Source: a virus
Lineage: Duplodnaviria > Heunggongvirae > Uroviricota > Caudoviricetes
Reading direction: 5' to 3' (one strand)
IMG/VR virus record: IMGVR_UViG_3300048930_000283
Length of the DNA: 64,000 nucleotides
In this document: positions 1 through 9,812 of the stretch, one piece after another
Numbering within the stretch: position 1 is the stretch's first letter
How the letters are laid out: each line of letters starts with the position of its first letter
Notes under the pieces: generated by a model
The model's database searches: none
Told to the model about the DNA's origin: nothing
Seen by the model: only the letters and a program-made list of their open reading frames with translations
Made by a program: the position numbers and the translations under genes

Positions 1-211
1 CTTCTTCTATCTGCATCATGGTTTTTAGATCATTTGCTGCATTAGAGACACGTTCTATCCTGGCCATATCATTAACCAACTCGTTATACTCAGATTCAGA
101 AATTAATCCAGAATCAAGTTTTAATTTCAAATCCTTTGCCTTGAGTGCTTCGTCCTTAATCTCTTTAACAGGATTATTCAATAAATCGTCTAGGTTAATA
201 TTATAGGTCAT
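1..211 (-). CDS. Hypothetical protein, 5' part only. ATG at 209-211 overlaps the stop of the upstream gene (ATGA overlap) and the ORF runs off the window start. Coiled-coil-like N-terminus: MTYNINLDDLLNNPVKEIKDEALKAKDLK...
   Basis: Open minus-strand frame from 211 to the window edge. The ATGA overlap suggests translational coupling with the 208..597 gene. Confidence 0.4.
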   Translation of the reverse strand, partial: MTYNINLDDLLNNPVKEIKDEALKAKDLKLKLDSGLISESEYNELVNDMARIERVSNAANDLKTMMQIEE

Positions 212-597
212 TTCTTACCCCCAGTTGCTTTAGCAGCAATAACAGCGGCTTCTGATATATTAGTCATTTTAGTCTCACAATATACTTTAGATGCCACAAA
301 TGCAAAATTTTCATTTTTCCCATACTTAGACTGGAGTTCTATCGCCATATCAAATATTTCAGTTGCCATCTTTTCTTCAGCTTTTTTGTTTCGATATTTA
401 GCATTGTTGACTGCTAATTTAGCCAGAACAGCTAGATGATTAGTGATCTGCGGGACATTCAATGGTGTAGAACAAACCGATTTACCTAACTCTGCTGTAG
501 TTGCAATAGTAACAAACCTATCATATTCAACAGGGTCAAATGCTAATGAAGCACACCCAGTTAGAAAAATAACCAAAGTCACCAAAACTGTTTTCAT
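208..597 (-). CDS. Small lipoprotein of unknown function (129 aa; signal peptide with lipobox LTGC).
   Basis: N-terminus MKTVLVTLVIFLTGCAS fits a lipoprotein signal. It is co-oriented and downstream of gp23. Confidence 0.55.
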   Translation of the reverse strand: MKTVLVTLVIFLTGCASLAFDPVEYDRFVTIATTAELGKSVCSTPLNVPQITNHLAVLAKLAVNNAKYRNKKAEEKMATEIFDMAIELQSKYGKNENFAFVASKVYCETKMTNISEAAVIAAKATGGKK

Positions 598-698
598 TTA
601 TATACCTTCCTTTCCCATCTATCTTTAGGTAGAGTTCCACTTGCAGACTTAATTTCATGTGTTTATTCTATCCATATCATGTATTTATGAATGCTAAA

Positions 699-730
699 AG
701 CAAAAAATAATGGGGCCTTTCAGCCCCATT
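699..730 (-). terminator. Rho-independent terminator downstream of the major capsid gene.
   Basis: On the minus strand an 8-bp GC-rich stem (aatggggc / gccccatt) with a 6-nt loop is followed by auuuuuugcuuuu. It lies 44 nt after the gp23 stop. Confidence 0.6.
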
Positions 731-773
731 AATATACACTACAATGATTTTATTATTAGATCAAATTTACATC

Positions 774-2093
774 TTATGACAAGTTTTGAACTCTTGACAA
801 TCTGAAGTAGTAGTTTGATTGTGCTGCTAGTGTTGCTGCATCACCACTCAATGGATGGCTAATGACTGCATAACGAGTCTTGAAGCCAATCTTTGGTTGG
901 AATGTAGCAGGATCAACTGCTCTCATTAGCTGCAATGGAACATATGGGCAATAGAACAAGCCTGCATCAAATGGGCTGGTACCACGGTAACCAACCATCA
1001 TGAACTGATCTGCTGCACCGTTTGCCATATAAGGATCAACATAAACCTTATACTTGCCATTTAGAACACCGGCGAAGGTTGTTGATGCTTCATCTACGTT
1101 TAGGTTGGTACTCAATGCTGGAGCATAATCCAACTTACCTGCCATTGCTAGAGCTGATGCAACGTCTGCAGAACATAGGATGAAATTACCACGACCTCTA
1201 CGAGTTGTCTGAGCAATTCTGTTTGCTTCTTTTTCAACTTGGAAAAGCATACCCTTGAAACGCTCAACAGACCAACGACCATTTGAATCAACGTCTAGGT
1301 CGTAAGTACCTGCTGTAGTTGTGCCCTGAGAACCAGTCTTAGCGATCTTGTACATTGTACGAACAATCTCACGGTTGATTTCTGCAATAATTTCATTAGA
1401 AAGAATATTGCTTAGTTCACCTTCTGCGTCAAGACCATGAACTGCCTTAAGGTCTTGTTGCAATTCGATTGTGTACTCAGCCTTTAGAGCACGGCTCTTA
1501 GCAGTTGCAGTGTGCTTCTCGATTTTGAAGCTCATGGTATTCATGGTTAGACCATCAGTTGCACCCCAGTTTTGAGGATCTGTACCGTCAACACCTGTCA
1601 ATGGACGAGCACCATCAGAACCAGCAGCACCTGTGAAGCCTGGTGTACCATCCCATGGACCAAGACCATCTGTACCACCAACTGGGTTTGTACCAGCTGC
1701 TGCAGTACGTGTTGCAGAGAAGTTCGCATCAGCTTCATTGAATAGGGCTTCTGCGCCTGCTGCATTGGTGTAACGTGAGGTCAATGCAAAAACAAGACCT
1801 GTAGGCATTGTCATTGGCTGCACACCGCAGATATCATATGCAATCAACTGAGGCATTGCACGACGAACTAGACCGATAAGTACTGGGTCATAGTTCTGAA
1901 CGTTACCTGTTGCAGATGAAGGAATTGCCTCATTCAACACCTGACGCTCTTCTGCAACTGCTCTCTCTTGGTTCTCAAGAAGAACTGCAGTAACAGCCTT
2001 ACGATATGGGTTTTCAATCTTAGCTAGATCTGGATGATCTAGAACTGGAGACCACTTCTCCAATAGTTGCTCTTTACTTAACATTTTTGCCAT
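774..2093 (-). CDS. gp23: Major capsid protein, T4 gp23 family (439 aa).
   Basis: Blocks match T4 gp23 as recalled: EQLLEKWSPVLDHPDLAKIENPYRK; GLVRRAMPQLIAYDICGVQPMTMPTGLVFAL; KIEKHTATAKSRALKAEYTIELQQDLKAVHGLDAEGELSNILSNEIIAEINREIV. Position after gp22 matches T4 order. Confidence 0.95.
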   Translation of the reverse strand: MAKMLSKEQLLEKWSPVLDHPDLAKIENPYRKAVTAVLLENQERAVAEERQVLNEAIPSSATGNVQNYDPVLIGLVRRAMPQLIAYDICGVQPMTMPTGLVFALTSRYTNAAGAEALFNEADANFSATRTAAAGTNPVGGTDGLGPWDGTPGFTGAAGSDGARPLTGVDGTDPQNWGATDGLTMNTMSFKIEKHTATAKSRALKAEYTIELQQDLKAVHGLDAEGELSNILSNEIIAEINREIVRTMYKIAKTGSQGTTTAGTYDLDVDSNGRWSVERFKGMLFQVEKEANRIAQTTRRGRGNFILCSADVASALAMAGKLDYAPALSTNLNVDEASTTFAGVLNGKYKVYVDPYMANGAADQFMMVGYRGTSPFDAGLFYCPYVPLQLMRAVDPATFQPKIGFKTRYAVISHPLSGDAATLAAQSNYYFRLSRVQNLS

Positions 2094-2118
2094 TTTATTT
2101 CCTTTCTAGTCGAAACGA

Positions 2119-3384
2119 TTAAAACTTTAAATTCTTAGCGATTGCTTCAACATAGCTGTTGATTTGTTCAACTGGCTTTGTTGGTTCATCACTACCTGGG
2201 ATTGTATTCCCGCCTTTTGCCTTTGGAAAGTAATTTTCCTTGATGGTTCTCACCTTATCAGTAAAATCTTCCTCAGAATCAAACCCGACCTTCTCTGTCA
2301 ATTCAGCAAACTTCTCTTGCTCGACCTTAGTTAAATCAGACCCAACTTGTTCAACAATTGACTTCTTCTTAGTATTGTTCAATTGATCTTGGATTTCCTC
2401 ATTAACTGCAACCAAATCCTCCAGTTGCTTAGTCATTTCTTCGATTTGAGAAGCTTGATCTTCAACAATATCAAGTTTATCCTCTGGAATATCAAAATAA
2501 TGCTCTTTGAAGAGATCTTTCAGTCCATCAATAAAGCTATTCACAACTTCTACCTTCATAGCACTTTCTAAAGCAACAGCGTTGTCTTCAACCCACTGCT
2601 CAACTATAACGTTGAGGAATCCATCAACCTGTTCGACTAGCTCTGCTTTTACTTCTTCAACTGCCTCAGTAAGCTCTTCATCGAATTGCTCTTTGAGTTC
2701 ATTGATTCTTTGCTCTGCGGCCTGTTCAACCGCAGCTTCGAAAATTGTTTCTACTTTGGTTCGGAATTCTTCTGAAAGTTCCTCACCATTCATGATTGCA
2801 TCGATGTGCTCTTTAACACCGACTGGGTTCTTATCAACATTGTTTTTCTTGTTGGCCTCATTATCACCTTCAACTGAAGTTTTTCCGTCGGATAACTTAC
2901 CCCCAGAATCTTTCTTACCTGCGCCTGCTTTGATCCTAGCATTGTCACCATTGTCATCTTGCTTATCTGCAGATGCTGACATTTTTAAGGAACCCTTCTC
3001 ACCATCCTTACGACCCAGACCAGCCTTAATCTTAGCTGTCTTAGAAGAACCAGTCTCAGAACCATCGGTATTTGTCAGTTTGCCGAACGGATCTGAACCT
3101 TCATTGACTTTGACCTTATTTTCCTTAGAAACATCAGTTTCGCCATCATCTTCTTCATTATCATCACTACCACCTTCGTTAGAATCATCAGACTTGTTGT
3201 CAGAATCATCATCGGAAGAAGAATCAGAATCATCGTCATCAGTAATAGTTGTACCACTTTTAGTCTTGATGACTTCTTTCTCTTCTAAATCTTCAATGGA
3301 TTCGTTTAGCTCTTCTTCGGAAACACTTTCTTCCTTCTTGTGACCTTCCAAAATAGCCTTGATTTTATCTTCTAATGTTGGCAT
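2119..3384 (-). CDS. gp22: Prohead core scaffold protein (gp22-like; 421 aa). Long acidic D/E/S-rich N-terminal half and coiled-coil C-terminal half.
   Basis: Lies between gp21 and gp23 as in T4. Highly acidic low-complexity tract (DDDDSDSSSDDDSDNKSDDSNEGGSDDNEEDDGETD) plus heptad-like helical region typical of scaffolds. Longer than T4 gp22. Confidence 0.7.
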   Translation of the reverse strand: MPTLEDKIKAILEGHKKEESVSEEELNESIEDLEEKEVIKTKSGTTITDDDDSDSSSDDDSDNKSDDSNEGGSDDNEEDDGETDVSKENKVKVNEGSDPFGKLTNTDGSETGSSKTAKIKAGLGRKDGEKGSLKMSASADKQDDNGDNARIKAGAGKKDSGGKLSDGKTSVEGDNEANKKNNVDKNPVGVKEHIDAIMNGEELSEEFRTKVETIFEAAVEQAAEQRINELKEQFDEELTEAVEEVKAELVEQVDGFLNVIVEQWVEDNAVALESAMKVEVVNSFIDGLKDLFKEHYFDIPEDKLDIVEDQASQIEEMTKQLEDLVAVNEEIQDQLNNTKKKSIVEQVGSDLTKVEQEKFAELTEKVGFDSEEDFTDKVRTIKENYFPKAKGGNTIPGSDEPTKPVEQINSYVEAIAKNLKF

Positions 3385-3408
3385 TGTTTATATCTCCTTG
3401 AATACAAA

Positions 3409-3416
3409 TATTTATC
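3409..3416 (-). promoter_or_regulatory. T4-type late promoter-like box GATAAATA, 25 nt upstream of the gp22 ATG. A GGAG Shine-Dalgarno lies between.
   Basis: Minus-strand sequence GATAAATATTTG matches the T4 late consensus TATAAATA at 7/8. The same GATAAATA box recurs at a similar distance before gp25, gp4 and a gp48/54-like gene. Confidence 0.4.
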
Positions 3417-3452
3417 AAAATACAAATTTCACGAATCCAATCAATATTAATT

Positions 3453-4133
3453 TTACTTAGTTAGTTCTGTTAGGAGTCTAGAAAACTCCTTTATAAAGGT
3501 ATTTTCATCTATTCTACCCTTACGTTTATCCACTAAAGCCTGAATAATTCGACCATCCTCAAGCATCTCATATTCCACATTTTCCATAATACCATTAACA
3601 TAAGCACTAGGTGCCGACGGATCTGCAACTATATCCACCGTACTAAGGAAAAAATCCTCCTGAACCTCTTTAACACCATTATTCAATTGTTTAAGTGACC
3701 CCAGACCACGAGATGAAACACCAAGCTTGATACCCTCGTCGATTAGATTCTGAGCAATCTTACCCATCGGGGTATCTAAAATCTTAGCTCTACCAACTAC
3801 ATCAGTGTTACTCTTAAATGAGAGATTTTCAATAACGTGTGACACACGATCTAGATTGATCTGTGGCCCTTGTGGGTGACCCAGTTCACCCATAGATCTC
3901 TTATTTGAAATATAATCCGATTGATACTTTCCTAGAGCATTTTCCATGATACCCCTAGGATAGATACGTCCATTTCTATTCGGTGTATCTGCCTGCATGA
4001 AAACACCTTCTATATAGTAAGATTTCTTACCATTAGATGACTCGACTAGGTACTCAACTGACTCTGTTAATTCTGATATAAGTTTCATCTTAACACCCTG
4101 CCCTATATGCTTTAATTGTGTTTGCTCCACCAC
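3453..4133 (-). CDS. gp21: Prohead core protease (gp21-like, peptidase U9). Start may be the internal Met (MKLISEL...) at about 4088.
   Basis: Motifs recalled from T4 gp21 are present: NRNGRIYP, GELGHPQ, LGVSSRGLGSL, VDIVADPSAPSA. It sits between the portal and scaffold as in T4. Confidence 0.85.
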   Translation of the reverse strand: MVEQTQLKHIGQGVKMKLISELTESVEYLVESSNGKKSYYIEGVFMQADTPNRNGRIYPRGIMENALGKYQSDYISNKRSMGELGHPQGPQINLDRVSHVIENLSFKSNTDVVGRAKILDTPMGKIAQNLIDEGIKLGVSSRGLGSLKQLNNGVKEVQEDFFLSTVDIVADPSAPSAYVNGIMENVEYEMLEDGRIIQALVDKRKGRIDENTFIKEFSRLLTELTK

Positions 4134-4629
4134 CTGCAGAACCTACAGCAACAGTAAAGTTCAGTCTCATGTATGGATATGGTTTAGTAACTGGGATCTC
4201 TAACTGAGAACCTGCTGTCACCGCAGTTGCTGTACCATGATCTACCCAATGTGTCTGATCCAACGATCCCTGTGCTTTTGCTGTCACTGTTGCAGTTCCA
4301 TTAGATACTACATGGACCAATCCACTTACAGTATCATTGAATGATAGTGTGAATGTATCCTGCGCACCTGTAGCACCTGTTCCATAATTTTCTAAGAACA
4401 CAAATGATGGAAACTTCAATAGTGAGTTTGTACTTGAAACTGTCACAGTATCAGCGTCTGTAACTCCAGCAACAGTTAATGTCACTTCTTGTGTGGTAAC
4501 AGGATCAACAAATTTAAAGGTGTCTGCAGCAAGAAGATAATGTGCTGCACCAAAATTTATTGTCCAAGTATCTGTAGCCCAACTTGTTGAACTGATAGCA
4601 ACTTTTCTTTTTATTTGTGTTAGTTTCAT
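4090..4629 (-). CDS. Hypothetical beta-rich protein (179 aa) in the T4 gene 67/68 (prohead core) position.
   Basis: Assigned by position between the portal and protease. T/S/V-rich beta-strand composition. No motif recognised. Confidence 0.45.
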   Translation of the reverse strand: MKLTQIKRKVAISSTSWATDTWTINFGAAHYLLAADTFKFVDPVTTQEVTLTVAGVTDADTVTVSSTNSLLKFPSFVFLENYGTGATGAQDTFTLSFNDTVSGLVHVVSNGTATVTAKAQGSLDQTHWVDHGTATAVTAGSQLEIPVTKPYPYMRLNFTVAVGSAGGGANTIKAYRAGC

Positions 4630-4726
4630 CTTTATTCCTTAGTCAACTTTTTCACTGCTGTAGCAATACCATTTGATCGTTTCCCGTACTTGAACATAGC
4701 ATCACTATCCATCTTATTTGTGTGGT

Positions 4727-4897
4727 TTAAAGCTGCATCTCTGTATTTGTTCCTACTAACTGAGAGGCAACTGAAACTCGCATGTTTTCCAATGCCGAAG
4801 CAATCTTATCTGAAATAGCAGCGTTAAAACTCTGTTCAGCAGAGTCTAAATTGCCATCAGCAATATTGTTTAGCATGTCTTCAATATCTCTACTCAT
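4727..4897 (-). CDS. Small acidic protein (56 aa; MSRDIEDMLNNIADGNLDSAEQSFNAAISDKIASALENMRVSVASQLVGTNTEMQL), possibly a gp67-like prohead core protein.
   Basis: Its ATG overlaps the portal stop (ATGA at 4894-4897). It falls below the 60-aa cutoff of the supplied track and was found by manual translation. Confidence 0.35.
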   Translation of the reverse strand: MSRDIEDMLNNIADGNLDSAEQSFNAAISDKIASALENMRVSVASQLVGTNTEMQL

Positions 4898-6579
4898 TTT
4901 TGTACTCCTTGTTGTTCTTGATCTTGCTGTTCTTCTTCATCCTGTGGCGGCGCATTTGGATCCTGGAACGGATATCCGCCACCTTCCATACCATCACCAC
5001 CCGGTGGCATCATACCATCCATTGGCATTCCTTGCATTGTTGGTTGAGCAGTAGGATCATCCTTCTCTTCCTCAATCTCCTCATCCATCTTATCAATATC
5101 TTCGTCTGTTAATCTTAACAGAGTCTTTTGAACCCACTTCTTACTGAAAAACTTACCTAGATAAGGATCAACCTGCGGTAGAAGTGCCATTCTAGAAGTA
5201 AACATCTCTTGTTCTTTTAGTTCATCAAAGAAATTATCTCTTTGGAACCTAAACTTTATCTTATTAGATAATATTTCATCCCATTCTAAATTGTTGCATA
5301 CACCTGTTAATATCAGTTGTGTCTTCAAAACATCCATTAACAATACAGAAAATCTTCGGCGCAGTTTGTCAATAAACTTCTGAAACTTAACTTCATCTCT
5401 TGAAACTTCGGTACTACGTCCTAAACTGAATCCAGTATCTGGTTGAAGTCTAGAAACAGGAATGTTCAATGATTGATATAACTTCTTCTGAAAGTATTCA
5501 ACCGCCTCCAATTGGCCAGATATGTTTGTTGCACCTGGTAGAGTAGTAATTTCTGTTCCCTTACTATTGTCTCTACGAGGCATCCAAAAATCCTCAAGCA
5601 TCGACATATACTTCTTATCATCACGAATCTCACCAGTACGAGCATCATAGACCATCTTATTACGATACCTGTTCATGAGCTCTTTCATGTACTGCTCTGC
5701 CTTCATCTTTGGAAGGTTACCCACATCCACATAAAATATTCTTCGTTCAGGTGCTCTAGCGATGAAATATACTACTGTAGCATCCTCAAGCATTCTTAAT
5801 TGACTTGCAGGTCTTATGGCCTTTTGCACGTAACTAAGAACTGTGTTTGTGTTCCCATCTAAGTACCCAGACGGGCAATAAATTACTGAATCTGGACTCA
5901 ACTTAACACCTTGTACCGATGCTGTACCAGGATTTCCCTGCTGATTCTGAGCATTAGTACCAAATCCAGCATCACTATAAATGAAATACTCATTGATACT
6001 TTCAATTACTTCAACACCAGAAGGAGATTTTGTCTTTTTAATCTCCTTAACCTTTCGCATCTTGGTTGCATCAATAAGACGCAACTCAGAGATACCACGC
6101 TTAGTGTTATTCTTATCTACTACTACGTGATAGTACAGTCTACCATCAACATACCAGCGACGGAATATATCTGATGCTAACCTCTCAAATTTTAAAAGAG
6201 CTTGGCACTTCTGAAATTCATCTTGAATCTGTTCCTTCAACGAATCAGAGAACTCCAGTTCATCTAATATGATCTCAGCTATAGGACTATCGTCCTCATG
6301 TGGTATCGCCTCATTGACAATGTCCTGAATTGCAATGTCCACCTCAGGATATAATGAAATCTCACGACACTTTTGTATTGCCTGTGTTTCGTCTTTTACC
6401 AGTGCATTGGTATCAAAATAGACACCGTAATATGCTGCATTGGTAGCAGATGCAACAATTGATGCACCTTCATCATCTACAGGTAAAGCAAAAGAAGCAG
6501 ACTTATCTTCGCCTGGTTTCTCTTTTTTCTTAATCGTTAAACCGAATAAATTCAACCCAGTTTCATCAAACAACGCCAT
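4894..6579 (-). CDS. gp20: Portal vertex protein (gp20-like; 561 aa).
   Basis: Matches to T4 gp20 as recalled: FRRWYVDGRLYYH; YVDVGNLPKMKAEQYMKELMNRYRNKMVYDARTGEIRD; YFDELKEQEMFTSRMALL. It has the acidic C-terminus. Confidence 0.95.
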   Translation of the reverse strand: MALFDETGLNLFGLTIKKKEKPGEDKSASFALPVDDEGASIVASATNAAYYGVYFDTNALVKDETQAIQKCREISLYPEVDIAIQDIVNEAIPHEDDSPIAEIILDELEFSDSLKEQIQDEFQKCQALLKFERLASDIFRRWYVDGRLYYHVVVDKNNTKRGISELRLIDATKMRKVKEIKKTKSPSGVEVIESINEYFIYSDAGFGTNAQNQQGNPGTASVQGVKLSPDSVIYCPSGYLDGNTNTVLSYVQKAIRPASQLRMLEDATVVYFIARAPERRIFYVDVGNLPKMKAEQYMKELMNRYRNKMVYDARTGEIRDDKKYMSMLEDFWMPRRDNSKGTEITTLPGATNISGQLEAVEYFQKKLYQSLNIPVSRLQPDTGFSLGRSTEVSRDEVKFQKFIDKLRRRFSVLLMDVLKTQLILTGVCNNLEWDEILSNKIKFRFQRDNFFDELKEQEMFTSRMALLPQVDPYLGKFFSKKWVQKTLLRLTDEDIDKMDEEIEEEKDDPTAQPTMQGMPMDGMMPPGGDGMEGGGYPFQDPNAPPQDEEEQQDQEQQGVQK

Positions 6580-6599
6580 AATAATCCTTTACAGTTCTA

Positions 6600-7187
6600 T
6601 TAGATCGATACTCCAATTCCGCCAATCGGGGTATTTATACCAACCGAGGCTGAAATACCAGTAGGAGCATTTGTGGTCTCCCAGAAGGAATATGCAATCT
6701 CAACCGTAAATTCCTCAATTCGATCATTCTCAGAGAATTGAAGGTTTATATCACCCACACTAACAGGCCAGCAATCAGCTATCGTGTATGACTTCAAAAT
6801 AACACCGTTTCTATCCAACTGATGCACTGACATATTTGTGGTAACTGCCATTGGGTTGGTGATACCGGTATTATTTTTAACGTTGTTTATAGTATTTGAC
6901 CAAGACTCAAATGCATTACGGATACCAAAATCTGTATCATTAAGAACACTGATCTGCCAATTAGTAAATGTTCGTTCCCCTGGTAGTTTAACTTCACGAC
7001 CACGATACATTACTGGTGCAATACCAAGATGTGATCCAGGCAAAGATGCTCCATGACATAAAAACTGAGCCTTTCGTCCAGCATCTGTTCCACCAGATAC
7101 AAATCCTGGGAAGGTCAACTCAACTTTAAATTGGTTGGCACGGGCACCACCACCAAGAAAATTACTCTTAAATTCCAAAATCGACAT
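6600..7187 (-). CDS. gp19: Tail tube protein (gp19-like; 195 aa).
   Basis: N-terminal ANQFKVELTFPG, central GERTFTNWQISVLND and C-terminal CWPVSVGDINLQFSENDRIEEFTVEIAYSFWE match T4 gp19 blocks. It is adjacent to the sheath gene. Confidence 0.9.
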   Translation of the reverse strand: MSILEFKSNFLGGGARANQFKVELTFPGFVSGGTDAGRKAQFLCHGASLPGSHLGIAPVMYRGREVKLPGERTFTNWQISVLNDTDFGIRNAFESWSNTINNVKNNTGITNPMAVTTNMSVHQLDRNGVILKSYTIADCWPVSVGDINLQFSENDRIEEFTVEIAYSFWETTNAPTGISASVGINTPIGGIGVSI

Positions 7188-7201
7188 TTTATTCTCCTAT
7201 A

Positions 7202-7963
7202 TTAAACCGACTTATTCTTGCTACCCAGAGGTCGCCCACCTTTTACAGAACCCGGTACTCTACCTTTAGAAAATATTGGGTTTGCTGAAATAAATTTTTC
7301 AAATGATATAATATCTTGATTTCTTTTAGTATATTTATATGATTTTTCACCATCATTATACCAACGAAACCCTTTATTCTTAGGACCACCACGCTTACCT
7401 AGCTCAGATTGGGTGTTTGAATTGAAGAATCCAACACCCATTTTTCTAGCGGCTGCCAACCCTATCTTAGCGTATTCAATTTGTTGCTCTTTGGATGCCC
7501 CGCAAAAACCAAGTCCCATTTCTCTATTCTTAGCACCTCCACGTTTACCACCCAGTGATGCAATCTCTTTGAGTTTTGCTGGATCAGTGTTAGCTACTCG
7601 TTCCTTCTGATAGGCAGATCGTTGTTCAAATGTCCAAGCATGAATACCAATACCTCTTTCAACTACTGTTCTACCGTAATGACTGTTACCATATCCACCA
7701 GGTTTTACGTTATACGTATCTTTCCGTTGAATGAAATCTTCCGTAACTAATTCTGCTTCTTTTGCGTATGCCAATTCTTCAGAATCGAATGTGTGGAGAA
7801 TGTCCTTCTTAAAATTGCCCACCCCATACTTCTTTATAGCATTCTTAAGATACTTAGAAGATCCCATATAACCATCATCTACGTTGGTGTCGGCCACTCT
7901 ATGAACCCCAACGTAGATTTTACCGTTAAGTAAATTGGTTATTTGGTATATTACGTATGACAT
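7202..7963 (-). mobile_element. Free-standing GIY-YIG homing endonuclease (Seg/I-TevI-like; 253 aa) inserted between the sheath and tail-tube genes. The C-terminal half carries repeated basic GG.K..G (NUMOD-like) DNA-binding motifs.
   Basis: YVIYQITNLLNGKIYVGVHR gives GIY-(10 aa)-YVG, followed by conserved R and E (AKEAELV). C-terminal repeats: GGKRGGAKNREMG, GKRGGPKNKGFRWYN, GGRPLGSKNKS. It sits precisely between two universally adjacent core genes. Confidence 0.8.
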
Positions 7964-9756
7964 TAAGCACCAATCACTTGACTAAACGAAACATCTGTTC
8001 TAGTTGCGATAAAGTTAAGTGTTATGAAGTTGATCGATCGACTTGGTTTGATGTAGATACTAGCAACAAATTCATTACGATCTATTACTTCTCCGGTGTT
8101 ATTACTCTCATCACACTGTACGAAGAAATCGTAAATACCTCTTCTTCCCTGGATATTTCTTAGGTAGGGTTCAACCATGTTCTTAAACTGTGCTCTGGTG
8201 TAAGAATCATTAAACTCAAACAATTGATACTTAGCAGCTATTGCAATTGCTTTTTCCAGTACATTAAACAATCTACGAACGTTGATTCGATCAAATGCAC
8301 TTGGTTTCAATGTCATTGTTCGATCACCAAACAACACAACACCTTGCCCAGGGAAAGCAACAACTGGGTTCACTCCCTTAGGATATAGAACATCTCTTTC
8401 TGCATTATCTGGGTTATAAGCCAGCTTAATGACGTTACGAACACCCCCACGATTGAAACCACCAGGAGACCACCATGGGTCCGCAATGGAATCTGTCTGC
8501 GCACATAGACCTGCCATATCACCATTCAGCGGAACCCAACGATACTTACTGTTAAACTTATCGTAAATGTACTTGAATCCTGTATCCATGAACCCGTATG
8601 AGGAATATGTTTCTGCTACGTTAACTGTAGTTTGCTTATACGTAGAAATTGAACCTAGTGGATCTGCGTCTGAATCTCTGTATGGAGCCCCAGAATTATG
8701 TGGTGAAAGGAAAGCAACTGCATCTTTCCTCTTATACGCTACATTCTCTATAACATGAGCACACACCGCGGCAGATAACGCACCAGTAATTAGAAGGTTA
8801 ACGTCATATAACTCTGTATTAGCTAACTTGTCATATGCGTCGGTGTAATCTCCGTCTGTAGGTGCTGTGCCAGCAACACCTCCAGCTAACACTTCATAAG
8901 AGAAGTTAGGAGCAGCAATTACTGATATGCTAGCAAACACGTCACCTGCTTCGACAACTGTTTCAGTCAATGAACCGAAAGGAAGAATTCCTGCACCTGA
9001 AGTAACATCTGCAGTGTGTGCTGACCAACGAATGTATTGTGACTCTCTAGCAATAACGTTTGCATAGTACAATGACTGGCCTCTGTAATCCATGGCATCA
9101 GATGCTTTTGAAAGGCCCTCCCACATTTCTAGTACTGCATATCTAGTACCAGTAATGTGTCCATCAACATCTACAACCATAATATGAAGTTCATCCTTCT
9201 TGTTTTCTGTGGTTAAACGACGTGCCTCAATGTGTGCAGATGTTGCTGGCTGATCTCTAAAATAATCTCTTAGAGAAATGCCATTAGGGAACTGAGCAAT
9301 GTTGGTTGTACACCATGTACCAAATTCGTCCCATGTTGCGTTATCTACCATGATAACACCAATATTGTTACCAAATAGGCCAGGATCCTTAGCAACCCAT
9401 TCTTTTGCTGTTGTTCTGTCACCATTAGACATGTCTTCATAATCATCATCATTCAAAACAGCCACTCCTGTAGCACCACAAGTAGCGTTTAGAACTCCTG
9501 CTGGAGCTGCCCTAACACACCATAATCTATTTGTATAGAGCAGGAATTGGTTTGCTGCAAACCATTCATTATAGTTCGCTTCAGTTGGAGTACCAAATAC
9601 CTTGACTAACTCAGCCTCAGACGAAATCATCATAGGCTTTTCGATGGGTCCCTTAGCAAAATTAGCTACGACACCTCCAATACCACTAGCAACTGTTGGT
9701 ACTATATTGCTATAATCTTTTTCTTTAATCTCAACACCAGGACTTAAAAGTGCCAT
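7963..9756 (-). CDS. gp18: Tail sheath protein (gp18-like; 597 aa).
   Basis: MALLSPGVEIKEK N-terminus. FDRINVRRLFN and IDRNEFVASIYIKPSRSINFITLNFIATRTD match T4 gp18 C-terminal blocks. Confidence 0.95.
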   Translation of the reverse strand: MALLSPGVEIKEKDYSNIVPTVASGIGGVVANFAKGPIEKPMMISSEAELVKVFGTPTEANYNEWFAANQFLLYTNRLWCVRAAPAGVLNATCGATGVAVLNDDDYEDMSNGDRTTAKEWVAKDPGLFGNNIGVIMVDNATWDEFGTWCTTNIAQFPNGISLRDYFRDQPATSAHIEARRLTTENKKDELHIMVVDVDGHITGTRYAVLEMWEGLSKASDAMDYRGQSLYYANVIARESQYIRWSAHTADVTSGAGILPFGSLTETVVEAGDVFASISVIAAPNFSYEVLAGGVAGTAPTDGDYTDAYDKLANTELYDVNLLITGALSAAVCAHVIENVAYKRKDAVAFLSPHNSGAPYRDSDADPLGSISTYKQTTVNVAETYSSYGFMDTGFKYIYDKFNSKYRWVPLNGDMAGLCAQTDSIADPWWSPGGFNRGGVRNVIKLAYNPDNAERDVLYPKGVNPVVAFPGQGVVLFGDRTMTLKPSAFDRINVRRLFNVLEKAIAIAAKYQLFEFNDSYTRAQFKNMVEPYLRNIQGRRGIYDFFVQCDESNNTGEVIDRNEFVASIYIKPSRSINFITLNFIATRTDVSFSQVIGA

Positions 9757-9812
9757 TGTTCTTCTCCTTTGTTATATCTCATTCTAATCGAATAATTCTT
9801 AAATTCATCATA

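Noticed and set aside
597-774. Possible tRNA or small RNA in the 178-nt gp23-proximal intergenic region (and in 34808..35021, 35471..35683, 42880..43270)
   Set aside because: No cloverleaf-compatible arrangement (acceptor stem, T-arm GTTC motif) was evident on inspection. The hairpins present are better explained as terminators or promoter/UTR elements. tRNAscan-SE or Infernal would settle this.
2507-3343. 278-aa plus-strand ORF (Ser/Leu-rich) opposite the scaffold gene
   Set aside because: It is the antisense reading of the acidic low-complexity scaffold gene (GAN/GAA codons reversed). It has no independent signals.
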